Source of the DNA: Octopus bimaculoides
Taxonomy: Eukaryota
Direction of reading: 5' to 3'
DNA length: 49,316 nucleotides
Assembly (NCBI RefSeq): GCF_001194135.2
Contig: NC_068989.1
Coordinates: 1,587,799-1,637,114, forward strand
Of this stretch, positions 1-10,330 are shown piece after piece (within the stretch, counting starts at the first letter, position 1; each line of letters begins with the position of its first letter). The notes beneath the pieces were generated by a model that saw nothing but the letters and a program-made list of their open reading frames with translations, was not told the DNA's origin and made no database searches. A program made the translations under genes and the position numbers.

Positions 1-1076
1 TGTGTAATTTAATTCGGAAGTCAAAATGCAGGGTGTTTCCTTGTTATTGATTTCTGACTTCGACGCAAGGTCACGGGATTGGTTTGGGGGGGAGAGAGAG
101 AGAGAGAGAGAGAAAGAAAGACATAATCGATTCATATTGACTCCCCCTCCTCCTTGTACTTCTATAACTGACCACCTCTATGGGGGAAATGAAATGAAAG
201 GTAAGACTCACTTGACAGACCTTTGAAATTTAAACAGTAAAGGCCCGTAACAAAACACCGCAAGGTGTTCAAACCGACGCTCCCTTTCTGGCACTTTAGC
301 GCCCTTTATTGTTGACATAAGATTAAATAACAAGAATGGTTATACATCAGTGTGTGCTTGTGTTCCTGCTTTTGTCTGATGTTACTATAGTAATAGAATA
401 ACGATTGACAAGAGTTTAGTCAAATTTCTAGCGATTTTACAGACGGAACATTTACAGGATTTTTCAGAGAAGACTTTACCAATATAGCTTTTTATGGTTG
501 CTTTTTCTGGGCCCCTAATGTGTACTTGAACATAGTCACGACCATTATAACAATCACTACCTCCTCTTTCCACACAGACCCATCATCTCATGATCATCAT
601 CATCATCATCGTCATTGTCATCGTCATCGTCGTCCAGTTTTCAGTCACAAATCACATCTACCCATAGCAGCTTTCATTCTCAGTTGTGGTCACGTGACCT
701 GGGGATTAATCCTAACCATTGATCAGAACCGACACCAGAAATCATCTCGTCTGACCTTCAATTAATTTCACTAATCCACTATTTTAGACTGATACTTTAA
801 TGTATCAACTCCGAAAGACTAAAAAACGTAAAGCTGTCTTCGGTGAGATGCGAACTCAAAATGCCGGACTCTCCATCTAACTTTAATGAACAATCCCTAA
901 ATTAATTTTTCTGTCTAATTAAAGGATTGTGTTGCATAACGCTTTATGTATTGTGACTTACCACAGAGCATCTTTCTCTCTTGCGATGATGGTCACTCGT
1001 GTTTCATGACTGAGCTCACGGACATTTTTATTGGTTTTTAATGAAGAAAGAAGTGTTGTGTATTTGGCCCCCAGTA

Positions 1077-1254
1077 GGCGCAGGTGTGGCTGTGTGGTAA
1101 GAAGTCTGCGTCCCGACCATCTCGTTCCAGGTTCAGTCCCACTGCGTGGTACTTTGGGCAAGTGCCTTCTACTACAGCCTTGGACCGACCATAGCATTGT
1201 GAGTGGATTCGATAGACGGAAACGGAAAGAAGCCCGTCGCATATTTATAGATAG

Positions 1255-1290
<36 letters not shown>
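1077..1290 (+). mobile_element. tRNA-derived CORE-type SINE (octopus family), 5' half ending in (GT)n
   Basis: Head GGCGCAGGTGTGGCTGTGTGGTAAG...GGTTCAGTCCC (A/B-box-like), then CTTTGGGCAAGTGCCTTCTAC resembling the CORE motif CCTTGGGCAAGT, then GACGGAAACGGAAAGAAGCCCGTCG. The same sequence recurs at 22958, 27015, 30285 and 39782. Confidence 0.85.
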
Positions 1291-1293
<3 letters not shown>

Positions 1294-1414
1294 TGTGTTT
1301 GGCCCCACTACTGGTGCTGGTTGTGTGTGTGTGTATGCACGCATACACGCATAGAGACAGATAGTTATAAAGGATACTAACACACGTATACACGTTCAAA
1401 GAAATACACACACA

Positions 1415-1457
<43 letters not shown>

Positions 1458-1901
1458 CGAACTTTCACGATTCCACTGACAAAGCATTGGTCAGCTGGGG
1501 ATATGACTGAAGAGACTTGCTCAAGATGCTGCGCAGTAGAACCGAACATGAAATCATGGGCTTGCAAAGTGCAAAGCGAGCGTTGGTATGTCTGTCTTTA
1601 TGCATTAGCGTGTGTGGTTTTGTGTGTTTGCATTTACACACATACATACATACATATATATGCGTGTGTATGTATGTGTGCGTGTGAAGGTGTGTGTGTG
1701 TGTGTGTATTTCTTTGAACGTGAATGTATATGTGTTTTGGTATCTTTTATAACTGTCTGTCTGCATGGGTTTCGGTATATTCGGTGCAGCTGCACTGCTT
1801 TCCAGTCTCACTCCCGTGCGATTACTTTGCATGCTTAAACGATTTTCATTCTCAACTACAGCAGCGGGAAAATTCTAGATCCAACCGCGCTTACACGCAC
1901 G

Positions 1902-2013
<112 letters not shown>

Positions 2014-2459
2014 CGCGTTCTCATGTTTTTATGTAAGTGAATCGTGTCACAAATAAGCAAGCTATATATATATATGATTGTTTCACATTCTTTGTTTCAA
2101 AAACGCATTTCCGTTTCCGGTCTGAACTGATGATGGTTCTTTTTTCCTTTTTCTTTTTATCGTTGTATCTTGAGGAAGATATTCTTGCAGCGGTTTTCGT
2201 CTCCACCCTCTGCCTTTTCACAGGGTACAGTACCATACCCTGCAAAAGGCATGTTTAAGCAAGGTGAGATATAAAAAAAAAAGGCATATGCTATATTCAT
2301 ACCTTCCTAACAGACAGACGCTAGAAAAGTACAGGGAACCTCTAATTAGCCACGCGTCCGGCTAGAAATAACAACCAAATCACTCTCGAATCTCATTCTG
2401 GAATTATACATAACAAAGAACATTTTAGATCAAATAATCTATTACACATTTATCTGGAG

Positions 2460-2552
2460 AAAAAAAAACTGGATGACTACGGTTGGAACGCTATTGATCA
2501 CAGGTATGCTGGATAAGAGCTGGCCTGGAGCTAAACAATATCAACAACAACT
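2460..2552 (+). mobile_element. LINE/SINE 3' tail fragment ending in (AAC)n
   Basis: GGAACGCTATTGATCACAGGTATGCTGGATAAGAGCTGGCCTGGAGCTAAACAA...CAACAACAAC. The reverse complement recurs at ~20965-21030 and ~21130-21175, next to the CR1/L2-like fragment. Confidence 0.55.
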
Positions 2553-2773
2553 GCAAAAGAGGTCGAGCGAAGCTTCTATGCAGTCGACTGCTCTGCTAGA
2601 AAGGGCAGCCAAATTTCACTCAAATCACAGCTTGCTGTCTTTTATTGAATAAAGATTTATTGGTCAAGAGAGTCTTGGTGTACAAAATCGAGTATGTTGC
2701 TTCAGCTGCTACACTTTGATTATGTTTTTGAGATGTGACTGCTACTTTTAGCAGTTCAAGCGACCATGTAGAG

Positions 2774-3014
2774 TTGCGGTTCTCAACCATTTCTCATTTT
2801 TTTTTACCTATAGACCCTCTTTGATCCCTGTTCTATTCGGACGGACCCTCGTAGCTCTTCGGTCTTAAAAAAAACTCGATAGGTTTTCATAATTGAATAT
2901 TATTCGGAATTGTATCAAAGAAATCAAAATATTTTGCGTATGACAGAAGTTTAACCAGTTTATTGTGCATAAATTTTAGCAATATCTTATGTGGACCCTG
3001 GTTGAGAACCATTG
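2774..3014. mobile_element. hAT (Charlie-like) non-autonomous MITE
   Basis: Terminal inverted repeats (TT)GCGGTTCTCAACC at 2774-2788 and GGTTGAGAACCATTG at 3000-3014 match the CAGYGGTTCTCAAC type. The flanking 8-mers ATGTAGAG and ATGTGGCG match at 6/8, consistent with an aged 8-bp TSD. Confidence 0.75.
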
Positions 3015-3892
3015 ATGTGGCGGCATCTCCGAGGGTTCGTATACGTATGTGTGCTTGCAATATGTGTGTATGTGTAAGCAATATTTTTGTGTGTACATAC
3101 TTGTTTGCATAGAGATGTATATGCTTAAACACTCGCGTATGACTATATAAGAATACACGTTCAGACATACACACGCAGACATACACACGCAGACATACAT
3201 GGGGGGGTGAGAGAGAGAGAGAGAGAGAGAGAGACGATGAGAAAGAAAGAAAGAAAGAAAAAACGGAGGAGAGACAGGGAAACATCTCCCATGACGAAAA
3301 ATGATATTGATAAAAGAGAAATGTCAATTGATTTGATTAACGAAGGTGTACATATACATCCACACAGACATATATACATACACAAATGCACATATATATA
3401 CACGCACTTATACATGCATACGCACATTCATTCATGCTGATACATACGCTCACACCTACACGTATATTCACGAGGAGAGCATGCAAAAAACATGTCGGCA
3501 ACGACGAAACGAAATAGGATAACCTTGCCTCTCGATGTCCGAATATAAATCACGCTTCCTTTCTCATTTGCCCTCTTCCCTCATATCGTTTTTTAAATAC
3601 ATTACAATCTAGATATCAATGCAACTACATTTGATATGGAGACGGCGGTGAGACCGATGTTTGTAATACAAGTTTTTGCTTTCTTTAAAAAAAAAAAAAA
3701 AAGAAGTTTCAATTTTTCTGTAATTGTAATCCTCAATTATAATAACTAAATATTATTTGTAGTTGCATTCGGCTGAAATAAGCTAAGCATATTTTCCTCA
3801 AGAAGCTTTGACGCTAATTTTATGTTGGGGTATATTGACATGTTGCTTCCTTTCACTCAGTCCAGAATCCTTCTAATATTATACGAAGAGCC

Positions 3893-4105
3893 AAAGCGGT
3901 GAGCAGGCGGAATCATTAACGCGTCGGATAAAACGCTTTGCAGATTTGTCATCCGGTTCTTTGTCCTGCGTTTCCAAATACGACGAAGATCGACTTTGCC
4001 TCTCATCTTTCTAGGTTCGATAAAAATAAGTACTCGTGGAGCACTGAGCATGATGGAATCGACTTCCGAATCCATTCCTGGCCTCGTTCCAAAATTAGCA
4101 AAGAA
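3893..4105 (+). mobile_element. tRNA-derived SINE family A (Meta-domain-like), diverged
   Basis: GCGGTGAGCAGGCGGAATCATTAACGCG head; GATCGACTTTGCCTCTCATCTTTCTAGGTTCGATAAAAATAAGTAC central domain; GGCCTCGTTCCAAAATT 3' end. Confidence 0.7.
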
Positions 4106-4799
4106 TATTAAACAAAGCAATACCCGTCTTTACCCGAGGCTTTAGAAAATCTCAGAAAACGTTCGGCTGAAAGGAATCTATAATACTGTATACTTTCTGA
4201 TTAATATACCCGCTCTATTGACAAATAAACGAGTGCAGATTTTTCTTTTTTTTTTTTGCTCAAGGATTCTTAGACGATTATACATGCGCGCACACATATT
4301 CATCATAGGGGTGTGCATACACGTTTGATATGAGAGGTGGAACATATTTCCAAAGTTTAATCGATGTTAGCGTTGAGATATTTCGTACATAGCTTGTGTA
4401 TGTACATAGGTGTGCGTGTGTGTATAACATTTCATATATTACATAAATATAGGTAAGACCAACGTAAGTAATATTTTTTTTTCGTGTAATTCTAATTCTA
4501 CAGGAATGAAAACCGATTCTGAACGTTAAGGGCAGTTTTACATGAAAAGATGGAACTCTATCATGGAACGAGTATAACATCTGTTGATGTGTATTACATA
4601 TGTTACACCATAATAAATAGTGTACTTTTACACACACACACACACACACACACGTATATGTTTGGCTTAAATGTGCTTTACTATAAGTTTCACAGACGTG
4701 CCAAAAAGACGTCTAAGCATTCGAGTTTGAATGGGGGAAAATGCTTTTAGCGTCTGTGAACTTTTAATAACGAAAATCTGATCAATCTGTAAAAAGTGG

Positions 4800-4950
4800 G
4801 TTTGAATGTTGGCACAAGGCCAGCAAGTTCGGGGGAAGTGTTAAGTTTATTACACCAACCCCAGTGCTCGACTGGTACTTATTTTATCGACCCCGAAAGG
4901 TTGAAAGACAAAGTCTACCTCGGCGGAATTTGAACTCAGAACGTAAGGAC
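4800..4950 (-). mobile_element. SINE family A
   Basis: Reverse complement reads GTTCTGAGTTCAAATTCCGCCGAGGTAGACTTTGTCTTTCAACCTTTCGGGGTCGATAAAATAAGTACCAG...CTTGCTGGCCTTGTGCCAACATTCAAACC. Confidence 0.85.
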
Positions 4951-5271
4951 GGAGAGACAGACAGACAGAGACAGACAGACATCAGGCAGTCTCGCTGACT
5001 AAGCCTAAAACCAAAGCATTCTGTAAGTGTAGTGTAATTTGAAGATTTATCTGCTATTTCTAGCATATTGAATCACCACATTGAGGCTCACCTGTTGCCT
5101 GGTGTTCGGATAATGAGTTGTTAACAAATGAAATATTTTACAGTCAAGTGTAATATGATACAAAGTTCAAATCTCCCTCAATATTCTCTGTCTGTCAGTT
5201 TCTCTCTCCTTCTCTCTCTCTCTCTCCCTCTCTCTCTCTGTACATAAAATAAGTACATTGTAATATATTGA

Positions 5272-5442
5272 TTTAAAATTTTGGCACAAAATGAGCAAGT
5301 TCGGGTCCGGGGTAAGTCGATCACATCGTTCCTAGCGCTTGACTGCTACACCGGTATTTGAACGCAGAACGTAAAGAGCCGGACGAAATGCTGCTAAGCA
5401 TTTTGACCGGCGTGCTAACGATCGTGCCAGTTCGCTGCCTTA
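5272..5442 (-). mobile_element. SINE family A with internal deletion
   Basis: Reverse complement has the head GGCAGCGAACTGGCACGATCGTTAGCACGCCGG and the 3' end TGTGCCAAAATTTTAAATC; the central domain is missing. Confidence 0.75.
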
Positions 5443-6556
5443 AGTACCAATAATATATTGCAATCAAAAATATATTATTCGTGGTAAATATATATTTTAC
5501 GCGGCTTAGAAAATGTAGCATCTGTTTTCTTTAGAAAAAATTTCCTCTCCATCTTCTATGACAAAAACTGATGAATTTGGAGGACAAGAAATTAGATTAA
5601 GCTCGGCCCATAACATTCCCTTATTACGTACCGGAAACTGTAGTTATAAGTATTTTTCAATGGCATAAAACATTATTTCTCTATTAGTTGTATATATTCT
5701 GCGAAAAATGGTGTAATTGAATGTTGTTGTTGTTGTTGATGTTTTTTTCAGCAGGTTGAAAAATAATAAAAACAAACAAAATATGTAGACCTTAATAATA
5801 TTTGTTTATTTTTGGTGTTGTTTTGAAGCCATCAGTTACAATGTTTGATGAATCACCTGCTGGTTTCAAACCTGCAAAACCATCTGCCATAACAGGTATA
5901 TGAAACGCCATACCTCTTCCACTGCAGTTAAACTGGATGACAGCTTCAAAGGAAAGGAAGCTTGCTGTTTTCGCTGCATGAAATGAAATAGTTTAATTCT
6001 CCAAATAGTCTTGTAAATGCCGAGCTAATTTCAACTAAAAATACGAGATTTCAGCAAATTTATTATTAATAATACTAGAAAAATCAGGACTTGTTCTGAT
6101 GTAATCAGACTGGGAATAGCGGCCAAGTTTCGTTGTTATTTGAGCTGCTCGGTAATAAAATATACAAATTAGAAAGTAGCAAAATCTAACCGCAAAACAA
6201 AAAGAAAGAAAAATGGAAATCTCGTTTTCTAATATATCTGAAAGTGATAATAATCGCGAACTGAGATGAAGTTAAAGTTGTAAATGAATTTCGATATAAG
6301 ATTTTAATTAATCACATATTTAGTAAACCAGATTCAAAGATACTGCAAAAACGGAATATGAAGTGGAAAGGAATTGATAACAATAAGAAGCAAACTTAAC
6401 CGAAAAACTGACCCGGATAAAGCTTATCAAGTCATACCGAAACCAAGAAGAGGCAAAACCGCAATGACTGACCGCGAATAAGTAAACCAATACAATCAGT
6501 AAAGATGAGGAATTATTTACATTTGACGGATATTCGTCCTCATCTTGTTTGTTGTT

Positions 6557-6602
6557 AACACAACGTTTCGGCTGATATACCCTCCAGCCTTCGTCAGGTG
6601 TC
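6557..6602 (-). ncRNA. Minimal type I hammerhead ribozyme motif (Penelope-associated)
   Basis: GACAC-CTGACGA-A-GGCTG(GAGGGTATAT)CAGCC-GAAAC-GTT-GTGTT: stem I GACAC/GTGTT, intact core, 5-bp stem II, palindromic AACGTT stem III and GUU cleavage triplet. Confidence 0.8.
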
Positions 6603-6678
6603 TTGGGGAAATTTCGAACCTGGGTTCTCATTCCTATCGATGTTACTATTATTATTATATTATTATTATTATTAATCA

Positions 6679-6751
6679 GGTCGCTGCTGTGAATCGAACT
6701 CGGAACCTTGGGGTTAGTAGCCCGCGCTCTTAACCACTATGCCCGTGGGCA
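6679..6751 (-). promoter_or_regulatory. tRNA-like Pol III internal promoter cassette (A box and B box) inside the Penelope terminal repeat
   Basis: Minus strand GGGCATAGTGGTTAAGAGCGCGGGCTACTAACCCCAAGGTTCCGAGTTCGATTC. The A-box-like motif is at 6744-6734 and the B-box at 6701-6691, with tRNA-like spacing (GTTC falls at positions 53-56). The cloverleaf stems are degenerate. Confidence 0.7.
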
Positions 6752-6798
6752 ATTATGGGGTGAATTTTAAGGCTTATAAATCTATTATNNNNNNNNNN

Positions 6799-7080
6799 TA
6801 TACCCGATTTATCAATATCTCCTCGTGTCACAGCTTTGCGATGTTCTTCTATCCTTATTTTGAGGGGGCGACATGTTTCGCCTTTGTATAACCTACCACA
6901 GCTGCATGGGATGGAGTACACGCAGTTTTTGGTCATATTCTCTTCTGTTGGTGGTTTTACCCGAAGGAGATATTTGCGAAGTGTTGTATTGCTCTTGAAT
7001 ACTGCCCTGATGTCATATGGGCCGCATATCTTTTGTATCTTTTCGGAGAGGCCTTTCACATAGGGTAGACAGACTGTAGA
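6799..7080 (-). pseudogene. Penelope-like element RT C-terminus/GIY-YIG endonuclease fragment
   Basis: LPYVKGLSEKIQKI...VFKSNTTLRKYL...VYSIPCSCGRLYKGETCRPLKIRIEEHRK matches the PLE linker plus the GIY-YIG pattern (VY.IPC.CG..Y.GET.R.L..RI.EH). Confidence 0.9.
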
Positions 7081-7687
7081 CAAATGTAAATAATGTAAAT
7101 AATGTAATACAATCAGTGTTAGAAATATTTATTGTCCTATTCTGGATTCAAACTTGTAATCTTTATTTCCGTAAAAAAATCTTGAAAACTCTTTCTTTAC
7201 TGTCACGAGTGCAATTGTTAGAGCAATTTTAGATTAATTAAAATAATGAGGCGTCTGATATCAAGTGGTTTTCAAGAATTTCTATATGCAATGCTTCTTC
7301 GACGTCTAACTTGCCACTCCAGAAGTTTCTATTACGTAAAGCTCCCGTGAAGCTTACGTGAAGCCAAGGGCGAATTTTCACCTCGAGCTGACGGAAACCT
7401 GATACGAACTGTTAGCCATACCTACTCACTGTCGAGTGGTCAGTAACTAAACTGACTTTCTACTAAGTTCGACCAGTAAGAGGTGTGACTGGGTCCCCAG
7501 CAGGATTGAAAAACGAAACCTGTCAAAGACACCTCAAGGGCCAACGACACCCGTATTCTGGTGTGGGGATGCGCACCAGAAGGATTACCAAACCCAGCAA
7601 ACACGTGAATATATGTTACACCAATGTCTAACTCTTTGCCAAGACGGTACCCCACACCTTACACGAAGTTCAAGACAGAATAGAAAA

Positions 7688-7821
7688 ATACCTTAGGAAT
7701 GAGAACCCAGGTTCGAAATTTCCCCCAAGACACCTGATGAAGGTTGGAGCGTATATCAGCCGAAACGTTGTGTTAATAACAAACAAGATGAGGACAAATA
7801 TCCGTCGAATGTAAATAACGT
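7688..7821 (+). mobile_element. Solo Penelope terminal-repeat fragment with 11-bp TSD
   Basis: ATACCTTAGGAATGAGAACCCAGGTTCGAAATTTCCCCCAAGACACCTGATGAAGG...TATCCGTCGAATGTAAATAACGT. It is flanked by AGAATAGAAAA at 7677-7687 and 7822-7832. Confidence 0.85.
7729..7774 (+). ncRNA. Minimal type I hammerhead ribozyme motif
   Basis: GACAC-CTGATGA-A-GGTTG(GAGCGTATAT)CAGCC-GAAAC-GTT-GTGTT. The core is intact and stem II has one G-U pair. Confidence 0.8.
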
Positions 7822-8337
7822 AGAATAGAAAAGCTTGGTTTAAATAAATAATAATACAAGTTCCCCAACGACAGGAAGGTTTCCTTTTGATGACTGTTTA
7901 GTGATTTCTTGTTCGAACTATTAACATTTATTATAGAATTCCCTGATAGAATTACTGATTTCTAACTTTGGTACTTGTCTATATTTTCCAAGGGATACCG
8001 TTAAATCCACACCATTATTTGATAGGCACTTCCAACTACTGAGATCGATCGGATCGATTATAACATCGAAATATTGAAAGGCCATGTGTAGATGGTACGG
8101 TCCGAACTTGAATATAAAGTCTTGCTATAAAAAAAAATAGTGGCTTTGAAGACTTTACTAGGTGAAAAAACATATTTCTTTTAAAATGGTCTTTTTAAAA
8201 TAAGATGACTTTCATGATTTAGCGTTTTTTGGGGAGACGTAAAGAATGGTGATGTCTGTATTATAAATGTATTTATGTATGTTTTGTAGTAAAGCCTTCA
8301 AAGTAATGTAATACACAGGTAGACACACACATACAGA

Positions 8338-8397
<60 letters not shown>

Positions 8398-8464
8398 TAC
8401 ACACATACATGCAACATGTACACACAACACACAGGTTAATTTTATTACGCTTATCATATGTAAC

Positions 8465-8756
8465 ATGTTGCTACGGGAAGAATTTGGAGCATGCGAACAG
8501 TAAAGGTGGTGCCTATAATAATTGGTGCGTTGGGAACAGTAAGCAAAGATATAGACAAATGGCTGAAGGAAATTGAAATAGAATGTCTTGTAGAGCTCCT
8601 ACAGAATGTTTGTCTCTTAGGAACAGCAAGGTTTATCAGGAGGATTCTATGCACTTGAAAGACTGTTGAAAACTTGTGGATACCTAAGGTTACAGGTAGT
8701 AACCCGCTACCCACATAAACTGTACCAGGACTAACAACGAACCTGAGACAAACCAA

Positions 8757-8819
<63 letters not shown>
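8465..8819 (+). mobile_element. R4/Dong-type non-LTR retrotransposon 3' end with (TAA)n tail
   Basis: 8476-8658 translates GRIWSMRTVKVVPIIIGALGTVSKDIDKWLKEIEIECLVELLQNVCLLGTARFIRRILCT*, the typical R4/Dong RLE C-terminus (VVP.IIGALGT...LQ...LLGTA..IR..L). A short 3' UTR and (TAA)n at ~8757-8819 follow. Confidence 0.85.
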
Positions 8820-8820
<1 letters not shown>

Positions 8821-9072
8821 GTTTCAAATTTTGCTACAGGGGCAGCAATTTTGTGGGAGGGAATTCATTAGCAAAACATGTTTGAAATAATATTGGTTAC
8901 GAATTTTGGCTTAAGGTCAGGAGGTTCGGCATAGAGAGTAAGTCGATTACATCGACCCCAGTGCGTTACTGGTACTTTCTTTCACCGACCCTTGGCGGAA
9001 TTTGAACTCAGGACGTAAAGACGCTAAGCATTTTGTTCGGCGTGCTAACGAATCTGCCAGCTCGCCGCCGCC
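8820..9072 (-). mobile_element. SINE family A (near full copy plus an extra 3'-end fragment)
   Basis: Reverse complement has the head GGCGGCGAGCTGGCAGATTCGTTAGCACGCCG and GAGTTCAAATTCCGCC. There are two 3'-end motifs, at ~8820-8860 and ~8895-8925. Confidence 0.8.
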
Positions 9073-10051
9073 ATGGTAGGGATAATATTAAAAATTCTTT
9101 CTACATAAACTTTAAATATATTCAATAAACGCAGTCGGAGGCAAGAGAAACGAAAGCGTATCACTTGTATGATCAGCTTCATTAAAAACCAAATACTTCA
9201 GACCGGAAACTGCTTCCTAATTAAATATGATGCCTTTGGCTAAGTTCATTAGCGAATGGGGCACATTTCACAAGTCTTTCGCATTGAATCATTCATTCGA
9301 CTAATTAGGGAAATACGGTAACTGTTGTTGTTGATTTTTCTTACTCCTCCAGTTTATATTGGTTTATGGCGGCACAATGTTCATCTTAAGGATTTCTCAA
9401 GGGAATTCTATGCTCGGGTCGTTTTCCCAACACCGACAACATGTAGCAGTTACGCAGGAAACTCGGGTATTGTGATTCGTCTGCCGAGTGATACAATTCG
9501 TCCACTCGGCAGACGATTCGTGTCAGTGGTCGCACACACACACATCAAAATGTAATAATGGATGTTCTATTAGAACACCGTTATTGGCCTTCAGAGATCG
9601 GAATGTGCGTGTGTCTGTTTCGTTTCCCCAGTTGGTGTGTACAAGGGCAACGCTTTCTCACCCGGTCCTTCTGCCTGTGTATTTATGAAGGCATTTGTGC
9701 CGGGATTATTTTAAGGGTAATTAACGGGTATGTTACAAACATTTAATCTGATGGATTAGTTTCAGTAGATATATGAGCATAGCTTATTCCCATCCGCGCG
9801 CGCGTGTGTTTGAGTGCCTTTCTGTGTATTTTTGCACAACACACTACTCACGTGTGTATTGTGGGTTGCGCTTTGTTCTGTCATATTTGACGACCTATTT
9901 TTTAGTTGGCCGGCCACAATCGATGACGGGTTGGGTGGCACTTTTTAACGGCATCGTGTGGCTCAAAGTGCAATAACTATTTATGTTTGGGGCACATATA
10001 TACAACGGATTTCATATAAGAATACATATTTATTACATGCTGTATACGACC

Positions 10052-10330
10052 GGGAGGCATGTGGCCTTGCAGTTAGGGTGTTGCCCGGGCGATCATGGGT
10101 GTGATTCCCTGACCGTGCGGCGCGTTGTGTTCTTGAGCAAAACACTTCATTTCACGTTGCTGCGGTCCCGTCAGCTGCGACCGATCGGGGAGGCGAGTAT
10201 TGTGGCCTGCTTGCCCAGCCAGCAGGGGGGGGGGGATGCATCCCTCGAAAGCTAAAACGATGCAAAGCGCATTGTGACCAGCGAAGTAGTCTGGTCGATC
10301 ATGTGATCACATGATATACGACTGAGATAA
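10052..10330 (+). mobile_element. tRNA-derived SINE, second family
   Basis: GGAGGCATGTGGCCTTGCAGTTAGGGTGTT head, GTGTGATTCCC B-box-like motif and GTTGTGTTCTTGAGCAAAACACTTCATTTCACGTTGCT central motif typical of tRNA-SINE cores. Confidence 0.7.

Larger units (their letters stand above)
6501..7105 (-). mobile_element. 5'-truncated Penelope-like retroelement with terminal repeat, short 5' inversion and 12-bp TSD
   Basis: GIY-YIG coding remnant at 6799-7080, terminal repeat at 6501-6788, and a plus-strand copy of the tail CAAATGTAAATAATGTAAATAATGT at 7081-7105. The direct repeat AATACAATCAGT flanks it at 6489-6500 and 7106-7117. A 10-N gap lies inside at 6789-6798. Confidence 0.9.

Noticed and set aside
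1784-1795. 12-bp palindrome GTGCAGCTGCAC (E-box)
   Set aside because: About ten 12-bp palindromes are expected by chance in a window of this size.
6320-6631. ORFs starting MRTQVRNFPKTPDEGWRVYQPKRC (also at 41048-41466)
   Set aside because: They are incidental translations of the hammerhead-bearing Penelope terminal repeat; the recurrence reflects the repeat, not a protein.
6679-6751. Possible tRNA gene (ACT anticodon)
   Set aside because: The acceptor, anticodon and T stems do not pair properly and it sits inside a retroelement. It is kept only as a tRNA-derived promoter cassette.
8454-8756. 100-aa minus-strand ORF (MVCLRFVV...)
   Set aside because: It is antisense to the R4/Dong C-terminus on the plus strand.
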